NCBI GenBank assembly: GCA_017552705.1 | Contig: JAFZOY010000156.1 | Location: forward strand, 7,319 to 71,318 | From: Bacteroidales bacterium | GTDB lineage: Bacteria > Bacteroidota > Bacteroidia > Bacteroidales > UBA1715 | Length of the DNA stretch: 64,000 bases | Direction: 5' to 3' | Shown here: positions 44,526-54,596 of the stretch, in pieces | How the letters are laid out: each line of letters starts with the position of its first letter | How positions within the stretch are numbered: position 1 is the stretch's first letter | Position numbers and translations under genes: made by a program | The notes under the pieces: generated by a model | The model's database searches: none | The model's input: only the letters and a program-made list of their open reading frames with translations | What the model was told of the DNA's origin: nothing

Positions 44526-47491
44526 TAGAACGAAAGATTCAGTCCCATCAAGAACAGACGCTGTTTCGGATAATCGTAGTAATAGATACCATTCGCACGG
44601 GTTTCAGGGTCAAGACCGGTAAATTTCGTCCATACGAACGGATTTTGCACCTGTGCATAAATCATACAGCGGTTCACTTTTATTTTTTCGCACAAATCAG
44701 ATGGCAACGTATAATTCAACTGTATGTTTTTCAAACGGATATACGAGCCATCTTCCAGATAACGGGTTGAGAACGCATTACTGTTGCTACCATTATTCTG
44801 TACCAATTTTGGATTTGCGGCATTGTCGCCCGGCTGTTTCCAATAATCAAGAGCGGCAACTGACTGGTTCAACGAAGTGGTAGCTCCATCGGCAATCAAT
44901 TCGTTGTTCAACTGATTGAAAATCAAGTTCCCATAACTGCAATAGAACATAAAATTCAACGCCCAATTGCCGTATGTGAAATTATTTGTCCAACCAGCGG
45001 TGAATTTCGGATCTGCGCTACCCGCAATCACTTTTCTTGCCTTATTATAATCCTTTGTAAGATTTCCATTTTCATCATACCACATAGGTGAGCCATCGGC
45101 AGAATTCACGCCTGCCCATTCTGCCAAATAGAAAGTCTGCAACGACTGTCCCACAGTTCTGATTTTTGTACTGACAACTATCGTGTCGCCACCATACAAT
45201 TCTGTGATTTCATTGTGGTTTTTGGCAAACGTAAGCGTTGTTGTCCAATTAAATTTGTCAGTGTTGACAACCGTTGACGAAAGCGACAATTCCACGCCTC
45301 GGTTCACCATGGAACCGACATTCTGCATCTGGCTTTCGTAGCCCGTAGTCATTGAAACAGGCACTGCGAGCAACAAATCGAAGGTATTACGGTTATACAA
45401 ATCAACACCAAGATTGAATCGTTTCAAGAACTTGAAATCAATACCGAAATCGGCATTATGGTTTTTCTCCCATGTTAAATCAGCATTTCCCATTGTTGAC
45501 GGAGTACTACCAGGTTCGTCGAAATAATTTCTACCAAACGCATACAATTGCATAAACAAGTAGTCATCAATATCGGAGTTACCCGATGTACCGTAGCTTC
45601 CGCGCACTTTCAACAAATCAATCCACGTGAGCGACTGCATAAAACTCTCGTCCGACACAATCCACGAACCACCAACCGACCAGAACGGTGCCCAACGGTT
45701 CGACGGGCTGAACTTTGAAGAACCATCGACACGGAAACTTGCGCTCAAATAGTATTTAGCCATGTAGTTGTATTGGAAACTTGAGATTCCCGACAACAAC
45801 GACGATTCCCGACCAAATTCATTCATCTGCTCCATCTGCGAAGCGTTCGCTATGCTCGACATACTTTCCGAAGCAAAATTCGAGGCAATCATATTCGAAT
45901 AATTCAATGAATTGGACTCAACCTCAAAACCACCCATTATTTGCACAGCGTGTTTCAATTTTTTGTAATCCCATCTCAATGTTGACGAAGATGTCCACGT
46001 CAGCACATTCGTTGAATAATACGACGAAACGCCATTTTTATCGGAACCATCGGGCGTTTCAGGATGCAAATACGAGAACTCGTCAACGGCGATGTAATCA
46101 GCATTAGCAATCGTCTTGAATTCCAGATTCAAAGGAAGTTTGTATTCAACAAACATATTTCCAAGCATACGCTTGGTTTTATTGTAATTGTCGTTCAAAT
46201 TTATTACACCAACAGGATTATAGAATTTATTCACGAAGTTATATGAATCCCCATTCATCACCGAAACCGTTGGTTTTGCCGTATATGCCGTTGTCACAGG
46301 GCTTGATGTGTAACCCGGTTCAACCGTTGTGTACTGGGTGGTGAACGATGGATTGAACTTGAAACCGAATGAACATTTGTCGGAAGCTTTGTGGTTCAAA
46401 TTCAAACGAATAGAAAAACGTTCCAAGCCAGTTCCTGTAACAATACCTTTTTCGTTTTTATATTGTCCAGATGCGAAAAACGTGGAATTATCGTTTCCGC
46501 CTTGTGCCGAGAATTCATAGGATTGATTCCAAGCCCGACGGTACACCTCGTCGAACCAATCGGTGCTTGCCGTGTCGTCGAGCAATTCTTCCGCAATTTG
46601 GGCGTCGGTTTTACCAGAATTTCTCATAGCATCAGTCAACCACGATTTATATTCACTTGCGTTCATCAACTTGAAATTGTTGGTGGTAATCATGCCCAGA
46701 CCTTGCGAAGTCGAGAACGAATAGATTGTTTTTCCCGATTTACCCGACTTGGTTGTCACCATGATGACACCATTCGACGCACGCGATCCATACAACGAAG
46801 TAGCCGCAGCATCCTTCAGGATGGAAATACTTTCTATATCGTTGGGATTGAGCGAAGTAAGGATAGACGACGCATCGGAATTCTGCGATGTTTCACCAGA
46901 AAACATTGGCACCCCGTCGATTACAATCAACGGAGAACTACCTGCCGAGATAGAACCAGCACCACGGAGCTGGATTTCCGACGAAGCACCCGGCTGACCT
47001 GAATTTGTGCTCAACACAATACCTGGCACCTGTCCCTGCAAGGCCTTTTCGAAGCTCGATGTCTGTGCGGCGGCGATATCGTCAGCCTTCAACGCAGACA
47101 GAGAACCCGTGAAAGATTCCTTTTTCTGTTTTCCATAAGGAACGGTAACAACAACGGTTTCAATCATCAACGCATCAGGAGCCAATGCTACGTTATACAC
47201 TGATTCAGAAGTTATTGGAACAATTTTCGTAGCCATACCCACGTAACTGAATTCCAATGCAGCGGCATCAGTAGGAATATCCATCACGAACGAACCGTCC
47301 AACTCGGTGAATGCTCCGTACATTGTCGGCACATACGAACCGTTATCGCCTTTCATCATTGCCGCAACTGAAGCAGCCACCAATGGTTCCTTTGTTTGGG
47401 ATGAAGTAACCTTTCCCGAGACTTCGCGGGTTTGTCCGTACGAACAAATTACCGCAAACATCATTATTGCAAGAGTGTAGAAATATTTCAT
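44525..47491 (-). CDS. SusC/RagA-family TonB-dependent outer-membrane receptor
   Basis: Signal peptide, CarboxypepD_reg-like N-domain (REVSGKVTSSQTKEPLVAASV), plug (PLIVIDGVP..., NPNDIESISILKDAAATSLYGSRASNGVIMVTTK), about 988 aa, C-terminal ...LMGLNLSF. Confidence 0.88.
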   Translation of the reverse strand: MKYFYTLAIMMFAVICSYGQTREVSGKVTSSQTKEPLVAASVAAMMKGDNGSYVPTMYGAFTELDGSFVMDIPTDAAALEFSYVGMATKIVPITSESVYNVALAPDALMIETVVVTVPYGKQKKESFTGSLSALKADDIAAAQTSSFEKALQGQVPGIVLSTNSGQPGASSEIQLRGAGSISAGSSPLIVIDGVPMFSGETSQNSDASSILTSLNPNDIESISILKDAAATSLYGSRASNGVIMVTTKSGKSGKTIYSFSTSQGLGMITTNNFKLMNASEYKSWLTDAMRNSGKTDAQIAEELLDDTASTDWFDEVYRRAWNQSYEFSAQGGNDNSTFFASGQYKNEKGIVTGTGLERFSIRLNLNHKASDKCSFGFKFNPSFTTQYTTVEPGYTSSPVTTAYTAKPTVSVMNGDSYNFVNKFYNPVGVINLNDNYNKTKRMLGNMFVEYKLPLNLEFKTIANADYIAVDEFSYLHPETPDGSDKNGVSSYYSTNVLTWTSSSTLRWDYKKLKHAVQIMGGFEVESNSLNYSNMIASNFASESMSSIANASQMEQMNEFGRESSLLSGISSFQYNYMAKYYLSASFRVDGSSKFSPSNRWAPFWSVGGSWIVSDESFMQSLTWIDLLKVRGSYGTSGNSDIDDYLFMQLYAFGRNYFDEPGSTPSTMGNADLTWEKNHNADFGIDFKFLKRFNLGVDLYNRNTFDLLLAVPVSMTTGYESQMQNVGSMVNRGVELSLSSTVVNTDKFNWTTTLTFAKNHNEITELYGGDTIVVSTKIRTVGQSLQTFYLAEWAGVNSADGSPMWYDENGNLTKDYNKARKVIAGSADPKFTAGWTNNFTYGNWALNFMFYCSYGNLIFNQLNNELIADGATTSLNQSVAALDYWKQPGDNAANPKLVQNNGSNSNAFSTRYLEDGSYIRLKNIQLNYTLPSDLCEKIKVNRCMIYAQVQNPFVWTKFTGLDPETRANGIYYYDYPKQRLFLMGLNLSF

Positions 47492-47539
47492 ATCAATTAA
47501 TTTCAGTGCAAATTTATGATTATTTCTCTCTTTTTTCTA

Positions 47540-48181
47540 CTATTTGAAAAATTTCAGATACGAATGCACCAACATTTTATGGATTTTAAGCGCATCGTCA
47601 AGTTGTTTGGGCGTTACATCGGGATGTTCCATCTCAAAATTGTTGCATAACTCTGCCAAATATGCATCATCGTTGAAATTCTCAAAAGCATCGTCAACTT
47701 TCACCACAACATTATACGCCAACAGAGGCAAAATGCGGTTTGCAAGTCGCATTGCAACAGTTCTTTCCTCGTTCGACATCACCGTTTTCGAACACAAATC
47801 CGTGAGTGTGTCGACAAAATAGTCGGGACACGACGAAAGCAACATCACCTGTGTATGCAACGCATTGAAATAATGCTGTTTATATTGTTCCACATCGGTT
47901 TCGCACAATTCTATGGAGCGTTGGGCATACACAAACGCCATCTGCAACATTTTCAATTCATCTTCTTCGTCGTCAACCAAATCGTAGTGATGCATCACCA
48001 AAAGCGACTTTGCAACCTTCCACACTTCCACCGAATTCCACAGCAGTTGCGGATAGCGCATAACCGACTCATACACAAAGGGTAATATATGCTGCGCCTT
48101 TGCCTGTTTTCCTTCATTGGAAAATTCCAATACCTTATTGATAACGGCAAGTAGCACTTCTTCCGGATTTTCCTGATTCAT
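47540..48181 (-). CDS. hypothetical all-helical protein (213 aa), tightly coupled to the cyclase-HD gene
   Basis: Track ORF. No signal peptide, TM segment or recognisable motif. ATG 2 nt after the upstream stop. Confidence 0.65.
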   Translation of the reverse strand: MNQENPEEVLLAVINKVLEFSNEGKQAKAQHILPFVYESVMRYPQLLWNSVEVWKVAKSLLVMHHYDLVDDEEDELKMLQMAFVYAQRSIELCETDVEQYKQHYFNALHTQVMLLSSCPDYFVDTLTDLCSKTVMSNEERTVAMRLANRILPLLAYNVVVKVDDAFENFNDDAYLAELCNNFEMEHPDVTPKQLDDALKIHKMLVHSYLKFFK

Positions 48182-48183
48182 AG

Positions 48184-49518
48184 TTATTCCTTGATTAAAC
48201 TTTGTAACCGTTTGATTTGCTTTTGTTTATTCACTTCCCTATTGTTTTTCGCAAAGTTTGTGAAATACGTATGGTTCGAGATGAATTTTATCTGTTGTTT
48301 GTTCCACGTATTCTTATCATTCACAATATTTTGCACGTGCAATTCATCGTAAAGCGTATCGGAAACCGGAATAAAATCGGAACGACCTAAATAATCCAAA
48401 TCGGCATCGCACATAATACATTCGAGCAAAGTTTTAGGATTTGGAGGCAATTGAGTCGCCATAATCAGCGTGCAGATTTTATCAATTTGCTCTTGCGAAT
48501 AACAATACCGCGGGAGAATTTCGCGAGCGTAGTCGCAACTGATGTTCTCGTGTCCCTTCGACTGCACGATTTGTCCCATATCGTGGAAGAGCGCAGCCGT
48601 ACGCAACAACAGCATATCCTCTTCGTCAGTTACCTGTTCGGCGGTGGCAATCACCTCAACGCCAATAAGCACATCCATAGTATGTTTCACATTATGGTAG
48701 TGCAGATACGACGGAAGTTCCTTTTCGAGGCGGTTCAAAATATATTCCTCCAAATCGGGGAAGCGCACGCGCGCCAAACGAATGAAGAAATCGTGGTTCG
48801 GAAGCTGAAAATCAGCATCGCAAGAATATTTTGGTTTGAAACCAGTGACACGATACAAATTCACCACGCCCGTATATTTCACTGGCAAAGCCCCAACTAC
48901 CTCACACTGAAACACATCACGCAAAAAACCATACGTCATTTCCGAGATGATTATCTGCCCAGGCTTGGTAAACGATTCTATGCGATACGCAATATTTGCC
49001 GCATCGCCCTTCACTTCGTAGTGTTTCTTATTCTTTCCAGAAATTATCGCTGCCACAGGACCCGTATGAATGCCCATGGTAACATCCCAAATGCCCTTTT
49101 CCGTACGGAGATAACGGACAATTTCCATTGCCGCCAGAATCATTTCAATCGGGTTCGTGCGATTCTTTTCGGGAATACCGCCCGCGCACATATATGAATC
49201 GCCTAACGATTTGACTTTCTTTATATTATATTTCGACACAATTTTATCGATGTGTCTTAAAATAGAATCGAGGCCATCAACCAACGACTGGGCATTTTCA
49301 ACGGTTTGCAGTTTTTCGAATCCTGAAAATTTCGCATACATAACCGTCACCATCTTAAAGCGACGATTTTCGAGTTCGTGCGAGGATGGTTCGGCGTCTG
49401 ATTCCGTTTGTTTAAGAGTTGCGAGTTGCGAATTTGCATCGTCGAGCAAGCGCTTGAGATGTGCTATTTCATCACGAAGTTGCTCATTTTCACGTTGTAA
49501 ACTCTCTACATCCATCAA
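48184..49518 (-). CDS. class III adenylate/guanylate cyclase domain fused to a C-terminal HD-domain phosphohydrolase, with N-terminal coiled coil
   Basis: Cyclase: VTVMYAKFSGF, KSLGDSYMCAGG, MGIHTGPVAAIISG, YEVKGDAANIAYRIES. HD: HNVKHTMDV, AALFHDMG, DADLDYLG. Confidence 0.8.
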   Translation of the reverse strand: MMDVESLQRENEQLRDEIAHLKRLLDDANSQLATLKQTESDAEPSSHELENRRFKMVTVMYAKFSGFEKLQTVENAQSLVDGLDSILRHIDKIVSKYNIKKVKSLGDSYMCAGGIPEKNRTNPIEMILAAMEIVRYLRTEKGIWDVTMGIHTGPVAAIISGKNKKHYEVKGDAANIAYRIESFTKPGQIIISEMTYGFLRDVFQCEVVGALPVKYTGVVNLYRVTGFKPKYSCDADFQLPNHDFFIRLARVRFPDLEEYILNRLEKELPSYLHYHNVKHTMDVLIGVEVIATAEQVTDEEDMLLLRTAALFHDMGQIVQSKGHENISCDYAREILPRYCYSQEQIDKICTLIMATQLPPNPKTLLECIMCDADLDYLGRSDFIPVSDTLYDELHVQNIVNDKNTWNKQQIKFISNHTYFTNFAKNNREVNKQKQIKRLQSLIKE

Positions 49519-49532
49519 ACCGTCACTTAGAA

Positions 49533-51983
49533 TTATTCATACACATATATTCGTTTCACCCGTCGGTCAATCGAAGTCATCACTTCGTACGGAATCGTGC
49601 CGATCCGTTCTGCCATTTTAGTGATTGGCAAATCTTTTCCGAAAAGAATCACTTCGTCGCCCAACTGAATATCGGGGACATCGGTCACATCAATCATTGC
49701 CGCATCCATGCAGATATTTCCAACGATTGGCACTTCCTTGCCACGAACCAACACTGTTCCCACGCCATTGCTCAACTTTCGGTTGAATCCGTCGGCATAA
49801 CCGATAGGAATCACGGCGATTTTTGAATCACGATGGAGCATTCCTTTTCGAGAATACCCAACCGACGTATTTGATTTTTTCTCACGAATACCAGAAACAA
49901 ACGTTTTCAACGTACTGATATGCTGACAGTTCTGTGGATTGTCGAAACTAATTCCATACAAGCCAATACCCAAACGAACCATATCAAATTGATATTCACG
50001 GAATCGTTCGATGCCAGCCGAATTCAATATGTGGCGCATAATCGGATATGGGAACGCATTCATAATTTCCGACGACATTTGTTTGAACAATTCCAATTGC
50101 TCCATGGTAAACGAATCAAATTGCGAATCGTCGCTACCCACAAGATGCGAGAATATCGAAGTGATTTGGCAATTTGGAATCGCCTTCACTTCCTCTATCA
50201 GTTGCGGAATCTGGTGAGGTTGGAAACCATAGCGCGCCATTCCCGTATCCATCTTCAAATGGATTGGGAACGTTTTGTTTGGATATGATGCACACAATTG
50301 CTGTAACTCATTAAGTACGGCAAAGTTATGGATATTCGGTTCCAATCCGTAGTCATACAATTTTGAGAGCATTCCGTATTCAGGATTCATTACAATGATT
50401 GGAACGGTGATACCTGAATTACGCAGTTCAACACCCTCATCGATAAACGCAACTGCAAGATAATCAACCTTGTTATGTTGCAAGATATTCGCTATTTCGT
50501 ACGTGCCATTTCCATAACATGACGCCTTCACCATAATCATCATCTTGGTTTTAGGATTCAAGCACGAACGGAAATAATTCAAATTGTGAACGATAGCATT
50601 CAAATTCACCTCAAGAACAGTCTGGTGCATTTGCAGTTCGAGTTGTGCGACCAGTCGTTCAAACTCAAACTCACGCGCAGCCTTGAACAAAATTGTTTCG
50701 TTCTGGAATGCAAACTCATGGAATTTCGGCAGCAACGCATTTGTTGATGCATAATAATTTCCCGTTGGCAGATATTTCTTCAAATATTTTGAAATATCCT
50801 TTCCCACACCAATCACACGGTTAATGGAATATTCACGAACCATATCGGCAATGCTCGAATACAATTCGTCGAAATTCATACCCGTTTGTTTCACATCGGA
50901 TAGAACCAATGTTTTTGAAGCATTTTTATGTTGTTGGCTCAGATATTGCAATGCAATCTTAACACTTTGGAAATCAGAATTATAACTATCATTTATCAGC
51001 ACACAGTTGTTTCGTCCCGAAATCTGTTCCAAACGCATGGCAACTGTCGGCAAAGTCTTGAACAATTCCAAATCAACAGAAACGCCAAGCACTTGGATTG
51101 CATAAAAACAATGTACCGCATTTTCTATTGAAGCCGCATCGCGGAATGGAATTTCGAACGTATATTTTTTATTGTTCCATGCTGCGGTAATTACCGTTGT
51201 TTCAGCATTCGACACATACGAAACCCGATGTTTAGCCTGTTCGGAAAATCCCCAAGCGACCAATTTTGCAGACTTCAGCAATTTTGCATTCTCGTCGATT
51301 GGAGCATAATCGCTACAGTATACCAACGTATCGACGTGGGCGAACAATTTCATTTTTTCCTGAACTTTCTGTTCCAACGAAGTGAAATGTTGCTGATGCG
51401 CATCGCCAATATTCGAAAAGATTCCGACGGTAGGAAGAATCATTTTCTCCAACTTTTCCATTTCCCCCACTTCGGAAATTCCCGCCTCAATGATGCCGTA
51501 CGAGTATGAGTTATCAAGTAACATCAACGACAAAGGAACGCCAATCTGCGAGTTATAACTTCGCGGACTACGAACCACCTTGGTGGTTTGTTTCATCAAG
51601 AAATACAGCCATTCCTTAATGATAGTCTTTCCATTACTGCCTGTCACCGCAACAATCGGATTCGTGAAAAACGCCTGACGGTAATGCGACAACAGTTTCT
51701 GGAACGAATACAACACCGACGAAGAGATAATATAATTTGAGTCGCTGAACTTTGGATACGACTCTCCTTTTTCCACCCAAAAATTACGGCAACCACGTTC
51801 GTGCATATCGGCTATGTAATCGTGTCCGTTGCGGCTCACGCCCTTTAAAGCCAAGAAAATTGCGGAAATTTCATCGAACGAAGTCCTACTATCTGTCTGG
51901 ATTTTTGTGATTTTTATATTTCCATTGCCTTCACATTCCGAACTTGTGATAGAAGCGATGTCTGCTAACGAAAATTGAAACAT
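49533..51983 (-). CDS. murF: bifunctional UDP-N-acetylmuramoyl-tripeptide--D-alanyl-D-alanine ligase / alanine racemase
   Basis: MurF part (TDSRT, VTGSNGKTIIKEW). Alr part (MVKASCYGNG PLP-Lys motif, YADGF..., C-terminal beta domain). Confidence 0.9.
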   Translation of the reverse strand: MFQFSLADIASITSSECEGNGNIKITKIQTDSRTSFDEISAIFLALKGVSRNGHDYIADMHERGCRNFWVEKGESYPKFSDSNYIISSSVLYSFQKLLSHYRQAFFTNPIVAVTGSNGKTIIKEWLYFLMKQTTKVVRSPRSYNSQIGVPLSLMLLDNSYSYGIIEAGISEVGEMEKLEKMILPTVGIFSNIGDAHQQHFTSLEQKVQEKMKLFAHVDTLVYCSDYAPIDENAKLLKSAKLVAWGFSEQAKHRVSYVSNAETTVITAAWNNKKYTFEIPFRDAASIENAVHCFYAIQVLGVSVDLELFKTLPTVAMRLEQISGRNNCVLINDSYNSDFQSVKIALQYLSQQHKNASKTLVLSDVKQTGMNFDELYSSIADMVREYSINRVIGVGKDISKYLKKYLPTGNYYASTNALLPKFHEFAFQNETILFKAAREFEFERLVAQLELQMHQTVLEVNLNAIVHNLNYFRSCLNPKTKMMIMVKASCYGNGTYEIANILQHNKVDYLAVAFIDEGVELRNSGITVPIIVMNPEYGMLSKLYDYGLEPNIHNFAVLNELQQLCASYPNKTFPIHLKMDTGMARYGFQPHQIPQLIEEVKAIPNCQITSIFSHLVGSDDSQFDSFTMEQLELFKQMSSEIMNAFPYPIMRHILNSAGIERFREYQFDMVRLGIGLYGISFDNPQNCQHISTLKTFVSGIREKKSNTSVGYSRKGMLHRDSKIAVIPIGYADGFNRKLSNGVGTVLVRGKEVPIVGNICMDAAMIDVTDVPDIQLGDEVILFGKDLPITKMAERIGTIPYEVMTSIDRRVKRIYVYE

Positions 51984-51985
51984 AA

Positions 51986-54337
51986 CTAAACTCTATAACC
52001 AATAACCAAAACGTCGTCAACTTGTTCAGTGTTACCTTTTTCAATCCAATCAACCAACTCGTGGTCTAACAATTCACGCTGTTCGTTCATTGGCGACTCA
52101 TATATATTTACAAAAACTTGTTTCAATCGTTTAATCATAAACTTCTTGCCTTTCTCGCCACCGAATTGGTCTTGGAAACCGTCGGAGAAGGTGTAGAGCG
52201 TGTCGCCCGGCTTCAATGTGATGCAATATTCCTCGAACGGAACCATTTCAGGATAGATTGCGATTGGCTGTTTGCTACCTGCAACCTGAATGATATGGTA
52301 GGTTTCACCATTTGTTTCCGAAATAAATTCCTGGATTTTCACTCTTTCGTCGTCGGCAACCTCGCCTTCCACGTAATCCTTGCGGACAAGAATCAACGGG
52401 TTGTTTGCACCAGCGTAGCGAAGTTGACGGGTTTCCTCGTCGAACATCCACATTGCCAAGTCCATACCATCCTTTTGCTCACCTGCGGCACCAGTTTGTT
52501 TCAAAGCCTTGATGATATTTTCACGAAGTTTGTCAAGGATTTCGCCAGCATGGATGTCGGGCATTGTCGGGTCGTTGATGATTTCGTTCAAGAATGCAGT
52601 ACCCAACATACTCATGAATGCACCCGGAACACCGTGACCAGTACAGTCGGCGGCAACGGCGATTTTCCATTGAGCCTTCTTACCAATCCAATAATAGTCA
52701 CCACTTACGATATCGCGAGGTTTGAACAAAATAAACCGATGTTCGTGAAACAAATCCTCAACCAATTCCGGACGAGGCAGGATGGCCGACTGGATTCGGC
52801 TTGCATAGTGGATACTATCCAAGATGTTCTTCTGTTGAACCTCGATTTGTTCCTTCTGCGCGGTAACCTCATCACGTTGCCGCTCGATTTCAATATTCTG
52901 CCTATTGATCTTATCGTTCTGCTCGGCAAGCTTTTTGTTCGATTTACGGACTTGCATCAACAAGTAAACCACGAAAATCAAGAATATTGCAATGATGACC
53001 GAGGCGCCGACCATAATCAAGAACCTCTTCCGCAACGCATCCTGCTCACGGCTCATAAGTTCCTGTCGTTCCTTTGCTGCCGCGATTTCCTGATCTTTCA
53101 ACTCAGAACCGTAACGCACCGAAAGCAAATTCATCTGCTTTGCTGCATCGGCGGCACGCAATGTATCGTATAATTCCACATATTTTTCGTACGACCGCAA
53201 CGCGCCTTCGTAGTCACGCAAGGAATCCAACGTGCTGGCATAGTCCCAATACCACATAAATTCCTTTTCCTTATACTCGCCTGCCTGAATACGCGGCAAT
53301 TCCTTCAAGAAATACTCACGGGCTTTTTCGTAGTTACCCATTCTATGGTACAGCAACGCATATCCATTTTCAATACTAATAATGTCGGACACCATGTTTT
53401 TCGCCAAGGCGATTTTATACACCGAGTCGAAATATTTCTTCGATTGGGCGAAATCGTTTGTCATGTAATAGCCAATACCAATGTTCATACGACATTTCAC
53501 TATATTGGCGGTATCCTTCATTTCTTCACAGAGACTCAATGCTTCGTTAAAATAATAAAACATTGAATCCATATTGGAAATGGCACGTTTCACACCCTTA
53601 CGGTTGTGGCCAGAATAAATCGCACCGATGTTCATCAACTCCTGAGCATACTGTGTTGTATTGCCTGCGTTTTTGAACACCTCCATACTTTTCCGATGGT
53701 ATTCAATGGATTCGTTGAATTTCTCCAACTGATAATATACCGAAGCTATATTTTGCCACGCATTGGCAACATCGTTTTCGAATCCGCCGTCATGGAACAC
53801 ACGGCCTGCTTCCTGATAACTCTGCAACGCCTCTTCGTAACGGGCCAACTCATTGTAGGCGTTACCAGCCTGCATGTTTGCCACAGCCACACCACGCATA
53901 TATTTCGCCTTCTGTCCGGCCTCGATTGCTTCCTTTGAATATTGCAACGCCTCTTGGTTCTTTCCCAAATACATACGGGTAAGGTTCGCCACTTGGCACA
54001 ATGCCATGTTCAATTCCTTCCACGCATTACCTTTCCGAGCCACTTGAGCCGCTTTGTTGAAATACACGAGGGCGGAATCAGCCGAACTCATCATCAAATA
54101 CAACTTGGCAACTTCGCGATAGGCATTCGCCGACTGCGAATACAATTCATACTCCTCGCCCTTTTTCTGAGCAAGTTCATAATAGCGGAAAATGGAATCG
54201 ACTTTTCCTGTTGCGTAGAAATCCTTTGCTTTCTGAATGTATGACTCAACTTCCTTGATCCGTGTTGAATCAATCTGAGCGAGTGCCGCAGAACTTGCGA
54301 GCACCACTCCCAATAGTATAGTTATAATCCGTTTCAT
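51986..54337 (-). CDS. TPR-repeat sensor with TM helix and C-terminal PP2C/SpoIIE-type phosphatase domain
   Basis: Signal/anchor, many TPR-like repeats, coiled coil, TM (FLIMVGASVIIAIFLIFVVYLL), SGDYYW, ADCTGHGVPGAFMS, SDGFQDQFGG. Start set to MKRII at 54337. Confidence 0.85.
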   Translation of the reverse strand: MKRIITILLGVVLASSAALAQIDSTRIKEVESYIQKAKDFYATGKVDSIFRYYELAQKKGEEYELYSQSANAYREVAKLYLMMSSADSALVYFNKAAQVARKGNAWKELNMALCQVANLTRMYLGKNQEALQYSKEAIEAGQKAKYMRGVAVANMQAGNAYNELARYEEALQSYQEAGRVFHDGGFENDVANAWQNIASVYYQLEKFNESIEYHRKSMEVFKNAGNTTQYAQELMNIGAIYSGHNRKGVKRAISNMDSMFYYFNEALSLCEEMKDTANIVKCRMNIGIGYYMTNDFAQSKKYFDSVYKIALAKNMVSDIISIENGYALLYHRMGNYEKAREYFLKELPRIQAGEYKEKEFMWYWDYASTLDSLRDYEGALRSYEKYVELYDTLRAADAAKQMNLLSVRYGSELKDQEIAAAKERQELMSREQDALRKRFLIMVGASVIIAIFLIFVVYLLMQVRKSNKKLAEQNDKINRQNIEIERQRDEVTAQKEQIEVQQKNILDSIHYASRIQSAILPRPELVEDLFHEHRFILFKPRDIVSGDYYWIGKKAQWKIAVAADCTGHGVPGAFMSMLGTAFLNEIINDPTMPDIHAGEILDKLRENIIKALKQTGAAGEQKDGMDLAMWMFDEETRQLRYAGANNPLILVRKDYVEGEVADDERVKIQEFISETNGETYHIIQVAGSKQPIAIYPEMVPFEEYCITLKPGDTLYTFSDGFQDQFGGEKGKKFMIKRLKQVFVNIYESPMNEQRELLDHELVDWIEKGNTEQVDDVLVIGYRV

Positions 54338-54548
54338 TATTGCAATAATAGCGAAAAAGTCTTGAATTATGAACACTCTCATCTGAAATTCGACAAACAA
54401 ACTTATCAACAGATTATAAATATCTCAAGCCAAACTTGTGTTCTTCAAACAATTCAATAAAAATCACGAAGAAAAAACGGAAATTTTTCCTCCGCGGCAA
54501 CACTTCACAAAAAAATCAAAAATTCCGTTCACGTTTCTAAATAATTTC

Positions 54549-54556
54549 TACCTTTG
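54549..54556 (+). promoter_or_regulatory. -7 box (TAccTTTG) upstream of rocD
   Basis: Perfect TAnnTTTG, 40 nt before the ATG at 54597. Confidence 0.4.
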
Positions 54557-54596
54557 GCACGTAAAAAAATAAAGTTTAATCCTAAATAATAATACA

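Noticed and set aside
48451-49197. 248-aa plus-strand ORF inside the cyclase-HD gene
   Set aside because: It is antisense to a well-supported CDS and has no recognisable domain. It is a reading-frame artefact.
52118-53173. 351-aa plus-strand ORF inside the TPR-PP2C phosphatase gene
   Set aside because: It is fully antisense to a gene with clear domain motifs. Its composition is low-complexity and Cys/His-rich, typical of antisense frames, and it has no promoter box or recognisable motif.
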